A DNA stretch of 44,734 nt. Source: Chloroflexota bacterium (lineage in GTDB: Bacteria; Chloroflexota; Anaerolineae; Anaerolineales; UBA11579). The notes beneath the pieces were generated by a model that ran no database searches, was not told the DNA's origin, and saw only the letters and a program-made list of their open reading frames with translations. Every line of letters starts with the position of its first letter. The first letter of the stretch is position 1. Below, one piece after another: positions 17,798 through 27,400 of the stretch. The stretch spans positions 1-44,734 of the forward strand of contig JABJGH010000001.1 in NCBI GenBank assembly GCA_018662365.1. Reading direction: 5' to 3'. The position numbers and the translations under genes were made by a program.

Positions 17798-17826
17798 ATT
17801 ATATAAGGGTCTAATCTGAATGTCAA
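17798..17826 (-). promoter_or_regulatory. consensus sigma-70 promoter (TTGACA-17-TATAAT) upstream of rpmF
   Basis: On the minus strand TTGACA sits at 17826..17821 and TATAAT at 17803..17798, separated by a 17-nt spacer. Confidence 0.55.
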
Positions 17827-17846
17827 GGGAAACCTGGTTAGATAAT

Positions 17847-18936
17847 TTATTTTTCTCCGATCTTAGATTTTAAAAATGCCTCGATAAACCCATCAATATC
17901 GCCATCCAATACAATTTGAGCATTCCCGACTTCAAAGTTGGTACGATGATCTTTCACCATTTGATAGGGGTGTAATACGTACGATCGAATTTGGCTTCCC
18001 CATTCAGCTTTTTGGTATTCCCCCCGTAGATCAGATAATTCTTTAACTTCGGCGATCCGTTTTAGTTCATAAAGGCGCGCTTTAAGCACTTTTAGGGCAT
18101 TTTCTTTGTTTTGCGTTTGCGATCTTTCATTCTGGCAGGACGAGACAATTCCTGTTGGGATATGTGTAATCCTTACAGCGGTATCATTTTTTTGCACGCT
18201 TTGTCCACCAGCACCACCAGCTCTAAATGTTTCGATTTTAATATCTTTCAAATCTAATTCAATATCCGTATCTGTTTCAATTTCTGGCAGAATCTCTACT
18301 TGAGTAAAAGAGGTATGTCTTCGGCTATTTGAGTCAAATGGAGAAATCCTAACCAATCGGTGGACACCATTTTCAGAATGCAAATAGCCATATGCAAAGA
18401 GCCCGTTAATCGCAAGAGTAACAGTTTTTAACCCTGCCACGTCTCCTTCATTTCTGTCTAATATGTTTACAGAGTACCCTTTTTTTTCTGCCCAACGTAG
18501 ATACATTCTTTCGAGCATCAAAGACCAGTCTTGGGAGTCTTTTCCCCCAGCACCGGCGTTGATCGTCAGTAGGGCATTCCCTTTATCCATTCTTCCTGAA
18601 AGGAGGGTGGTCAATTCTTTTTGAATAACGAGTTGTTCCAATGCCTCAATCTCTGGTTCTAATTCCGGTCTTAGGCTTTCGTCATTCAGCTCAGCCAACT
18701 CTTTCGAATCATCAATTCTCTGCGCTAATTGATGCCAGGTATTTAACTCAAACCGGAGATCAGAGATCTTTTTCATTAATTTCTGCGCTTGATTTGGATG
18801 GTCCCACAAATGCGGATCTTCAGATTTTTTTTCAAGGGTGGATAATTGAGATTCTAATTTTGGAAGGTCAAAGCCGCACCAAGAGTGCCTGAATTTTTTC
18901 TCTGTATTGATTTATTCTAATTATAAGATCTTGCAT
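17847..18936 (-). CDS. prfB: peptide chain release factor 2 with +1 programmed frameshift (frame 0: 18936..18871, then +1: 18869..17847)
   Basis: ATG at 18936 opens 22 codons ([22 protein letters not shown]) ending at an in-frame CTT TGA C shift site (minus strand, plus coordinates 18873..18867). A +1 shift joins [31 protein letters not shown]... to the ORF-track protein. The GGQ motif (GAGGQSV) and SPF-type region are present. Confidence 0.85.
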
Positions 18937-18989
18937 ATGACGGCTCTCATCTTTTTAAATTATTCTAAAAATTGTATCAGACAATTTTA

Positions 18990-19910
18990 TTATGAATTGA
19001 AATCAGCAAGTATTCCTTCAGCAAAGGCATTTGGGTCAAAGGGAACAAGGTCATCTTCACCTTCACCTAAACCAGCAAACAATATTGGCAAATCTAATTC
19101 ACTTTTAATCGCAAAGGCCATTCCGCCCCTTGCAGATGAATCTAATTTGGCAAGAATTATTCCTGTAACGTTCACGGCTTCTTTGAAGGCTTTGGCTTGC
19201 TGAAGCGCATTCTGCCCTGTGGTTGCATCCATGACAAGCCAAATTCCGTGTGGGGCATCTGGGTAGGCTTTACCAGCTACTCGATAAACCTTCTTTAGCT
19301 CTTCCATTAGGTTGAATTTGGTATGCATTCGACCAGCAGTATCGATCAGCAATATTCCCTCTTTTTTGGAAATAGCAGATTGAATTGCGTCATAGGTTAC
19401 TGCACCTGGATCACCGTCTGGCTGACCGGTGATCACCCGAATATCTAAGCGTTCCCCCCAACTTTGAAGCTGCTCGATAGCGGCAGCTCTAAATGTATCT
19501 GCAGCGGCAAATAAGACCCTTTTCCCTAATATTTGAAATTGTTTTCCGAGTTTTGCAACACTGGTGGTTTTTCCAGACCCATTTACGCCAACGACCATGA
19601 TGATTGTAGGCCCCTCTGGGTTGTAAATTATCTCAGGGGGAGATACTAATCTTGATGTCAGGGCTTCAATTAGGGCATTTTTTAACTCTTCAGACTTTGT
19701 AATGCCCGTATTCTTCACTCCTTTTTGGAGTTCTTCAATTAAAGAGAAAGTTGTCTCCGCGCCAATATCTGATTGAATGAGTAAGGCTTCCAATTCGTCC
19801 CAAGTGTCTACATTAATTTCACTTGTTCCCAAAAAACTGGCAATTCGTCCAAACGTAGATTTTCTAGTCCTTTTTAATCCGGACTTCCATTTTTCAATTC
19901 TTTTATTCAC
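18990..19910 (-). CDS. ftsY: signal recognition particle receptor FtsY (short form, NG domain only)
   Basis: SRP54-type GTPase motifs are present (GVNGSGKTTS, DTAGR, TKLD). Confidence 0.9.
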   Translation of the reverse strand: MNKRIEKWKSGLKRTRKSTFGRIASFLGTSEINVDTWDELEALLIQSDIGAETTFSLIEELQKGVKNTGITKSEELKNALIEALTSRLVSPPEIIYNPEGPTIIMVVGVNGSGKTTSVAKLGKQFQILGKRVLFAAADTFRAAAIEQLQSWGERLDIRVITGQPDGDPGAVTYDAIQSAISKKEGILLIDTAGRMHTKFNLMEELKKVYRVAGKAYPDAPHGIWLVMDATTGQNALQQAKAFKEAVNVTGIILAKLDSSARGGMAFAIKSELDLPILFAGLGEGEDDLVPFDPNAFAEGILADFNS

Positions 19911-19990
19911 AACGAAAAATTATACCAGGAAGAATATTCTCACTACTAAAATAGCATTAATATATAGCGGTTTTTATTATTTGCTAATAA

Positions 19991-20017
19991 TTGACAATGG
20001 CCAAATAATGCTATAAT
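19991..20017 (+). promoter_or_regulatory. promoter with extended -10 (TTGACA-15-TGcTATAAT) placing TSS at/near moaC ATG (leaderless)
   Basis: TTGACA is at 19991-19996 and TGCTATAAT at 20009-20017. The ATG lies at 20024 with no SD. Confidence 0.45.
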
Positions 20018-20023
20018 CCGCCT

Positions 20024-20506
20024 ATGACTGACCCAAAATTAACACATATAGATAAGGCTGGAAACGCAAAAATGGTCGATGTGGGCGACAAATCTGTTAC
20101 CGCAAGAATGGCAATTGCCAAGGGTGAGGTCAAAATGAACCTTGAAACCTTGACATTGATTCGGGAGGGACAGCTAAAGAAGGGTGATGTGCTTACAGTG
20201 GCCCAGGTTGCTGGGATCGCTGGAGGGAAAAAGACGTCGGATCTGATCCCCTTCTGCCATCCATTACCCTTAAACCACCTTTCAGTTGATTTTGAATTAG
20301 ATGATTCTTTGCCGGGGGTAAGAATTACTGCCAAGGCCAAGACAGAAGGGAAGACAGGTATTGAAATGGAAGCCTTAACGGCTGTTTCGATAGCCGCCTT
20401 AACGATTTATGATATGGCAAAAGCTGCGGAAAAAACGATGATAATCCAAAATATTCGACTGGTTGAGAAACGTGGCGGTAAAAGTGGAGACGTTTTGAAT
20501 GAATAA
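20024..20506 (+). CDS. moaC: cyclic pyranopterin monophosphate synthase MoaC
   Basis: LTHID..G.A.MVDV..K..T.R.A.A is typical of MoaC, which is conserved across its full length. Confidence 0.9.
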   Translation: MTDPKLTHIDKAGNAKMVDVGDKSVTARMAIAKGEVKMNLETLTLIREGQLKKGDVLTVAQVAGIAGGKKTSDLIPFCHPLPLNHLSVDFELDDSLPGVRITAKAKTEGKTGIEMEALTAVSIAALTIYDMAKAAEKTMIIQNIRLVEKRGGKSGDVLNE

Positions 20507-21203
20507 TGTAAAGGTTTTATTTTTTTCTACTTTTAGAGATCGAGTGGGGGAAAAATCTGTGGAAATGGAAATTCCTTGGGGAATTTCTGTATTGAATTTT
20601 AAAGTACTCTTAGGGGAAAAATATCCTTCATTATTGGATAGCCTTGATTTTATTTTAGTGGCAGTGAATAAAGATTATGTGTTTGATGAGGATATTATTC
20701 CCGATGGAGCGGAAATAGCAGTATTTCCTCCAGTCAGCGGTGGAAGCGATTGGCCCACCATTTTTTCGATCACAAATGATGAGTTGGATTTAAATAAAAT
20801 ATTGGAAAAAATTACTCTCCCAACAACCGGTGCATCTTGTTTTTTCACAGGCATGGTTAGAGGAGAAACAAGTCGGGGGGATGATCATTCAACAGATCAT
20901 CTTGAATATGAAGCATATAAGCCAATGGCAGAATCGAAGATGCAACAAGTGGCAATCGAAATAAGGGAACAATGGTCCAGTGTCGAGGGAATTGCAATTA
21001 TCCAGCGAATTGGCAAATTGATGCCTGGAACCCCTACAGTATTAATTGCCTGTACTGCTGGTCATCGGGACACCGGTGTGTTTGAGGCAGCTCGATATGG
21101 CATCGATCGCTTAAAACAAATTGTACCTATTTTCAAAAAAGAAATTGGCCCTGATGGTGAGGAGTGGGTCGAAGGAGATTATTTGCCAAAGGCGGGGGAA
21201 TGA
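20499..21203 (+). CDS. MoaD-MoaE fusion (molybdopterin synthase sulfur-carrier fused to catalytic subunit)
   Basis: Residues 1-82 form a ubiquitin-like MoaD fold ending in an internal ...VFPPVSGG. A full MoaE domain follows. The gene overlaps moaC by 8 nt. Confidence 0.8.
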   Translation: MNNVKVLFFSTFRDRVGEKSVEMEIPWGISVLNFKVLLGEKYPSLLDSLDFILVAVNKDYVFDEDIIPDGAEIAVFPPVSGGSDWPTIFSITNDELDLNKILEKITLPTTGASCFFTGMVRGETSRGDDHSTDHLEYEAYKPMAESKMQQVAIEIREQWSSVEGIAIIQRIGKLMPGTPTVLIACTAGHRDTGVFEAARYGIDRLKQIVPIFKKEIGPDGEEWVEGDYLPKAGE

Positions 21204-22288
21204 GCACCCAGTTTGAGTGCTATGATTGCCACACACTCTTCCCAATAAAGATATCTCACATTTGCCCTGTATGTGGCGGGTCGTTTGGGATTTCTGGGTC
21301 GATCAGTTATGACCCTAAATTAATAGATGCTACTCTTCCTGGGATATGGAAATATAGACATAGTTTTGGACTGCCAGAAAATGCGAGGCCAATAAGTTTG
21401 GGGGAAGGAAACACACCGCTAATAAAATCCAAAATATTTAATTCGGAAGTATTTTTCAAAACGGAGTACCAAAATCCCACCGGTTCCTTCAAAGACCGTT
21501 TGACATCCCCCGAAATTAGTTATTTAAAATCCTTAGGAATTAATTATGCTGTCGATGACTCCTCTGGAAATGCCGGAGCATCGTTCGCCGCATATTCTAG
21601 ACGGGCCAATATTAAAGGAAAAGTTTTTGTTCCTGCCAATGCCTCTGGACCAAAAAGGAAACAAATTTCTGCATATGGCGTTAAAATCGTTGAAGTGGAT
21701 GGACCCAGATCAGCTGCCTCCACAGCCGTTTTAGAGGCAATTAACGAAGGCGCTACTTATGCAAGCCACGCTTATTTACCACAGGGAATTCCAGGTTTGG
21801 CAACCATCGCATATGAGCTTGTTGAACAACTAGAACAACCGACTGGATCGGTCATTGCGCCAGTGGGCCACGGCAGTTTATTGTTAGGTATTATCAAAGG
21901 CTTCGAAGCCTTATTAAATGTGGGAATAATCGAAAGATTTCCAAATATCATTGGCGTCCAGGCGAAAGAATGTGCTCCAATTTTTTCAAAGAATTTGGGG
22001 GGCCAAGAAAAGGAAAATCAGGTAAAAGAGGGTGAGACCCTTGCAGAAGGAGTTCGGGTACTAAACCCTGTCCATGGGGATCAATTAATAAAAATGGCTG
22101 AGCAATATCCAATCGAATTTGTAGACGTTGAAGAAAATAAGATACTAAAAGGACGTGACGAATTGGCTGCTCTGGGGTTTTATGTTGAACTAACCTCTGC
22201 GATTGTTTGGGATGCTTTAAAGCAAACCATTGAAGCCCTTCCGAAACCAATAGTTGTTATCTTGACTGGATCGGGGCTAAAATCATAA
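21200..22288 (+). CDS. threonine-synthase-like PLP-dependent enzyme with N-terminal Cys4 zinc ribbon
   Basis: CYDC...CPVCGG ribbon is present. The PLP lysine motif NPTGSFKDR and a fold-type II Gly-rich loop are present. The ATG at 21200 overlaps the MoaDE stop (ATGA); the ORF track extends upstream without support. Confidence 0.65.
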   Translation: MSTQFECYDCHTLFPIKISHICPVCGGSFGISGSISYDPKLIDATLPGIWKYRHSFGLPENARPISLGEGNTPLIKSKIFNSEVFFKTEYQNPTGSFKDRLTSPEISYLKSLGINYAVDDSSGNAGASFAAYSRRANIKGKVFVPANASGPKRKQISAYGVKIVEVDGPRSAASTAVLEAINEGATYASHAYLPQGIPGLATIAYELVEQLEQPTGSVIAPVGHGSLLLGIIKGFEALLNVGIIERFPNIIGVQAKECAPIFSKNLGGQEKENQVKEGETLAEGVRVLNPVHGDQLIKMAEQYPIEFVDVEENKILKGRDELAALGFYVELTSAIVWDALKQTIEALPKPIVVILTGSGLKS

Positions 22289-22324
22289 TAAGCGATCTTT
22301 CGCAGAAGTTCTGGAGGATCTGAC

Positions 22325-23557
22325 ATGGAAAAAATAGTAATTACCGGTACGGGTGCGATTAGCTCAATTGGATTAGGGACCGAAGAAAATTGGAATAGTA
22401 TGTTAAATGGCGTCTCCGGAGTGGGACCCATAACATTATTTAATTCAGAAGATTTTCTTGTAAAAATTGCATGCGAAGTAAAAGGATTTGATCCGAGTGA
22501 ACATATTTCTGGTCGAAGTTCTAGGCGTAGAGACCGGTTCCAGCAGTTTTCCTCAGTTGCTGTTACGGAAGCGATTGAACATTCTGGACTAGAGTTAGAT
22601 AATGAAGACCCAGGTCGAATAGGTGCGATCATATCTACTGGGATTGGTGGTTTAGGTACCATCGAAGAAAATATTGCAAAAATGCATGAGGGGGGGCCTC
22701 GAAAAGTAAGCCCATTTTTAATTCCAATGTTGATGTCAAATGGTGCTTCTGGTATGGCCGGAATCGACCATGGATTCCAAGGTCCAGCATTTTCAGTTGC
22801 CTCGGCATGTGCATCTGGACAAGATGGTATTGGTGTAGCTTGGATGATGCTGAGATCGGGCATGGTCGATGTTGCTATTGCCGGGGGCAGCGAATCCACA
22901 ATAACTCCACTTGGAGTAGCGGCATTTGATCGAATTGGTGCATGCTCCAGAAGGGGTGTAGAAGAAGGAACACCAAGTCCTTTTGATCTTAACCGCGATG
23001 GATTGGTCGTGGGAGAAGGAGCTGGGATTGTCGTATTAGAGACCGAAAGTCATGCAAAAAATCGCGGGGCAACGATATTAGCAGAATTAGCAGGTTATGG
23101 AGCAACCGCAGACGCAAATCATATCACTGCTCCTTCAGAAGATGGGGTGGGGGGTTCAAAGGCCATGACTAATGCATTAAATTCGGCTGGGATTGATTCC
23201 AGTGAAGTGCAATACGTTAATGCACATGGTACCGGGACACCCTTGAATGATGCAGCTGAAACCCAGGGAATCAAATCTGCCTTTGGTGCACATGCAAGTA
23301 AATTAATGGTTTCCTCAACAAAATCCATGACTGGCCATATGATGGGGGCAACCGGGGCATTAGAAACTGTAATGCTCACCAATATCGTTCAGAAGAATCA
23401 GGTTCCCCCGACCATCAATTACGCCACACCAGACCCTGTTTGTGATCTAGACTATGTACCGAACGAAGCTCGTGACGCAAAGGTCGATGTGGCAATCACA
23501 AACGCATTTGGATTTGGTGGACATAATACTGTACTGGTTGTAAAAAAATACTCATAA
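22325..23557 (+). CDS. fabF: 3-oxoacyl-[ACP] synthase II FabF
   Basis: Active-site Cys (ASACASG), two His (NAHGTGT, GHMMGATG) and the C-terminal NAFGFGGHN are present. Confidence 0.9.
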   Translation: MEKIVITGTGAISSIGLGTEENWNSMLNGVSGVGPITLFNSEDFLVKIACEVKGFDPSEHISGRSSRRRDRFQQFSSVAVTEAIEHSGLELDNEDPGRIGAIISTGIGGLGTIEENIAKMHEGGPRKVSPFLIPMLMSNGASGMAGIDHGFQGPAFSVASACASGQDGIGVAWMMLRSGMVDVAIAGGSESTITPLGVAAFDRIGACSRRGVEEGTPSPFDLNRDGLVVGEGAGIVVLETESHAKNRGATILAELAGYGATADANHITAPSEDGVGGSKAMTNALNSAGIDSSEVQYVNAHGTGTPLNDAAETQGIKSAFGAHASKLMVSSTKSMTGHMMGATGALETVMLTNIVQKNQVPPTINYATPDPVCDLDYVPNEARDAKVDVAITNAFGFGGHNTVLVVKKYS

Positions 23558-23578
23558 TTTTTATTTTAAATCTAAAGG

Positions 23579-23619
23579 GTGCGGGATTGCATAAAGATAA
23601 TCTCCGCACTTTTTTTTTG
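23579..23619 (+). terminator. rho-independent terminator after fabF
   Basis: Sequence GTGCGGGA...TCTCCGCAC followed by T9. Confidence 0.5.
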
Positions 23620-23695
23620 CAAATTTTTAAGAAATTTAGTTCTGTTCAGCGGTATAATACCTCTCCAGTTCACATCTATGTAGTATTGAACAAAT

Positions 23696-23739
23696 GGGCC
23701 GCCAACTACTCGACCCTGAGTGGGGTGGTTGGCGCTCCC
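23696..23739 (+). promoter_or_regulatory. long hairpin in the rnc 5' leader (candidate RNase III autoregulatory site)
   Basis: CGCCAACTAC(23700-23709) pairs with GTGGTTGGCG(23725-23734), including one G-U. An inner ACCC/GGGT stem and an outer GGG/CCC extension are present. The hairpin lies between a TATAAT at 23653-23658 and the rnc SD. Confidence 0.45.
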
Positions 23740-23763
23740 TAGGTTCTTGGAGGAATTATAATA

Positions 23764-24477
23764 ATGGATATTTCAACGGGAGATCTTGGGATTGAATCCC
23801 CAAAGGATTTTGCTTCTCGTAACGCCTTGCCTTTTAATAATTTTTCCCTTTTGAGCCGTGCCCTCACACATCGTTCCTACCTAAATGAGCATAATGAGGC
23901 ATTGGAAGATAACGAACGATTAGAATTTTTAGGGGATGCAGTTTTGGATTTTGTAGTCGGTGGATGGCTATATAATCGATTTCCTGAGATGGCAGAAGGT
24001 GCATTAACCAGGCTTCGTGCCGCGCTAGTTAAAACCGAGCAGCTCGCTATTTTTGGGGAGCTAATCGATATCGGAAAAGCCTTACGATTAGGTCGCGGGG
24101 AAGAAGAGGGAGGGGGAAGAAAAAGAAAAGCGATGCTATGTGCTTCGTTTGAGGCCTTAATTGGGGCGTTATATCTTGACCTGGGTATCGCGGCAGTAGA
24201 AAAGTTTACCGGTCCCTTTTTAGAAAATGCTATCCCCGTAATATTGAAAAACCACCAAGATCATGACCCCAAAAGTATCCTTCAGGAATGGGCTCAATCA
24301 CAGGGATATGCGATACCAAACTACCGGGTAATAAAAGAAGATGGTCCTGATCATGCAAAGACATTTACCTTAGAAGTACATGTCAATGGCGAAGCTATTG
24401 CGGAAGGTGTGGGTCAAAGCAAACAAGATGCCAGTAAAGTAGCGGCCAGAAAAGCCATTAATAAATTTGATCTATAA
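23764..24477 (+). CDS. rnc: ribonuclease III
   Basis: The RNase III signature ERLEFLGDAVLD and a C-terminal dsRBD are present. GGAGG SD is present. Confidence 0.9.
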   Translation: MDISTGDLGIESPKDFASRNALPFNNFSLLSRALTHRSYLNEHNEALEDNERLEFLGDAVLDFVVGGWLYNRFPEMAEGALTRLRAALVKTEQLAIFGELIDIGKALRLGRGEEEGGGRKRKAMLCASFEALIGALYLDLGIAAVEKFTGPFLENAIPVILKNHQDHDPKSILQEWAQSQGYAIPNYRVIKEDGPDHAKTFTLEVHVNGEAIAEGVGQSKQDASKVAARKAINKFDL

Positions 24478-24490
24478 ATATTGAGGAAAA

Positions 24491-27400
24491 GTGTCTTATC
24501 ATCTAAAATCTCTCGAATTGAATGGTTATAAAACTTTTGCTAGTAAATCGAAATTTGATTTTTCCGGAAATATTACCGCGGTTGTTGGCCCGAATGGATC
24601 GGGAAAATCAAATATCGCTGACTCATTACGCTGGGTATTGGGAGAACAATCCTACAGCTTATTACGTGGTAGAAAAACCGATGACATGATTTTTGCCGGT
24701 TCTGAATCTCGGCCTAGATCTAGCATGGCATCTGTAAAAGTCACTTTTGATAATAGCGATGGCTGGCTTCCGATTGATTTTTCAGAAGTATCAATTACTA
24801 GGAGAGCTTATCGAGACGGGCAAAATGAATATCTGCTCAATAACCAGCGAGTAAGGTTGCGAGATGTTTCAGAATTATTGTCAAAGTCTGGATTAGCAGA
24901 AAGAACATACACCGTAATTGGACAAGGATTAGTGGACACCGCGTTATCTTTGAAAGCAGATGAGCGACGGCGTTTATTCGAAGAAGCAGCTGGAATTGGA
25001 CTCTATAGAAAAAGAAAAGATCTCTCCATTAGAAGACTAGATAAAACAAAAAGAAATATAGAAAGGGTTCAGGATATTTTGGCTGAACTTGCTCCAAGGT
25101 TGAAAAGCCTAGAAAGACAATCCAGACGCGCTCAAGAATATGATCATGTACGTGCAGATCTAAAAGAAATATTACGAGAATGGTATGGCTATCATTGGCA
25201 TTTAGGGCAGCGAGAATTCAGAAGTGCAAAAGAGGGTGCTGCTAGGCAAGAAAAAATATTAATTGAATCCAGAAATAATCAGAGTGATAAAGATCAAGAA
25301 TTGGTTTTGGTTCGTAATAATGTAAATTCATTGCGTGCTAGGTTAAATTCATGGCATCGGCAATTAGCCCAAATTCATACAAAAAGAGAAGAGACTAGCC
25401 GGAATTTAGCAGTGAATAATGAACGAACTCGTTCATTGATCGAAAGGCAATCACAGTTAAACCTGGATAACAATTCACTTAGAAAAGAATATGAATTGCA
25501 AAATCAAAAGCTTGAAGAAGCAAAGAAACAAGTTGCAAGAATTGAATCTGAAAAAGTAGATGCAGAAAACAATGGGTTAAAAGCCAATAATATACTAGAT
25601 AAATTAAAAGGGGATCGGCAATCTGCTGAGAATGAACTCGAACTAATTCAAAGAAATTATTCCCAATTAAACGCTAGAAATATTGAATTAACAGCCCTGG
25701 AAAAAGATCTAGTTGGAAGAATTGAAGGGCATTCTTCTAGTAAAGCAGAAACTCAAATTGCATTTGACCAGGCAAAACAGGCCTATGAAAATGCCATGAA
25801 AAATTTAGAGCTTGCAGCCAATAACCTCGCTAATTCAGAAAATGAATTACTAGATATCGAACAAAAATTAAATGATAAACGAGAGAATCTGGAGTCCTTA
25901 GAAGAGGATTTCACTCAACAAACATCAGAATTGAATAAAAGCGAATCTTCCTTTGCTAGGTTCAAAGCCCAACATGAAGTGCTTACAGATGCAGAAAAAA
26001 GTTTATCTGGTTATGCAGAAGGGGCAAAATTATTGTTGAATGCATCCCAAAAAGGAAAGCTATTGGGAACTAAAGGGGCATTAAACGCTAAAATCAAGGT
26101 TTCCTCGGAATTTGAGCAGGCAATTGCATCAGCGCTGGGTGAATATTTAGATGCGGTGATATTAAACTCAAGTGGGGATACCGAAAAAGCATTGGAGATT
26201 TTAGAAAATAACCCTGCTAAAGCGACATTGCTTCCCATTTCTCAAATTGTGCCAGATTCACCCATTATGGTGAAATCATTTCCTGGAAATTATGGTGTAG
26301 CAGCTGATCTTGTTGATGCCCCGGCGGAATTTCGCCCTGTGATAGATCTTTTACTTGGCCAAGTGCTTATAGTTAAAGACCGTGGTTTAGCAAAAAGGGT
26401 CATTCATGATCTGGAACCTGGCTCGCGCGTCGTCACGCTTAGGGGGGAGGTATTCCATAGCAACGGAACAATTCTAATTAATGGCGATGCGGGGGCAGCA
26501 ACTCTAAGTCGCCCTAGAGTCCTTCATGAATTAATGGGGAAAATTCAAACTACCCAGAAAAGTATAGGTAAATTAAAAAATAATCTAAACCAACTTTCAG
26601 AGCAAAGGGAAATTTCCAAAGACGATATATCAGTTTTCAATAAAGATATAGCAGAAAAAAATAAGCTTGTCAAAATCTTAAGATCAAAACATCACAGACT
26701 AAATTTAGAGACTGAACAAGTTAAAAATTCTTCTGAATGGCACGCCAATCAATTAAAGATATTAGACGAAAATGCAAAATCTGCAAAAAATCAGATAGTA
26801 AATATAAAGCAAGAAAAAGAAAATATTCTAAAAGAAGTTGAGTTAGCCGATAGTGAGATTCGTTCACAAACTACCCAGGTAGGGGAGCTAGATCTCGGTG
26901 AATTCACCAATCAGGTCTCGCATTGGGAAAAACGGGTAGCTGTTATTAGCAGCGAATATAAGGATGCGAACCGGGCTTTGAGCGAACGTAATAATATCGT
27001 TAGTCAACATCGGGAATCCTTAGAAAATCTCAAGGGGCAACAAGATGTTGTTGATAAAGAACTAAATGAAATTGTGGATAGTGTAAGTAGCATGAGGACT
27101 TCTGAAACCGGCATAAGTGGACAAATCGCAGAAATACAGATTCTCATTGATCCTGCGGAAGCTGAACTCCAAGAACTCGAAGCAAAACAAATTATTTTGG
27201 AGTCTGAAGAGTCCAAATCTCGACAATCCCTGAATATGGCAGAAAGATATCATTCTCAAGCACAAATAACTTTAGCAAAAAAACAAGAGTCTTTAGATAC
27301 ACTAAGGCAAAGAATTGAAGATGATTTTGGCTTGGTCGAGTTTGAATATGAGCAAGATGTTTCCGGACCAACACCACTCCCGCTTGGGGGCAAATTAGTC

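Noticed and set aside
19911-20023. Possible Moco riboswitch upstream of moaC.
   Set aside because: The intergenic region is only 113 nt and is occupied by a promoter whose -10 ends 7 nt before the ATG, which is too short for the ~130-nt Moco aptamer.
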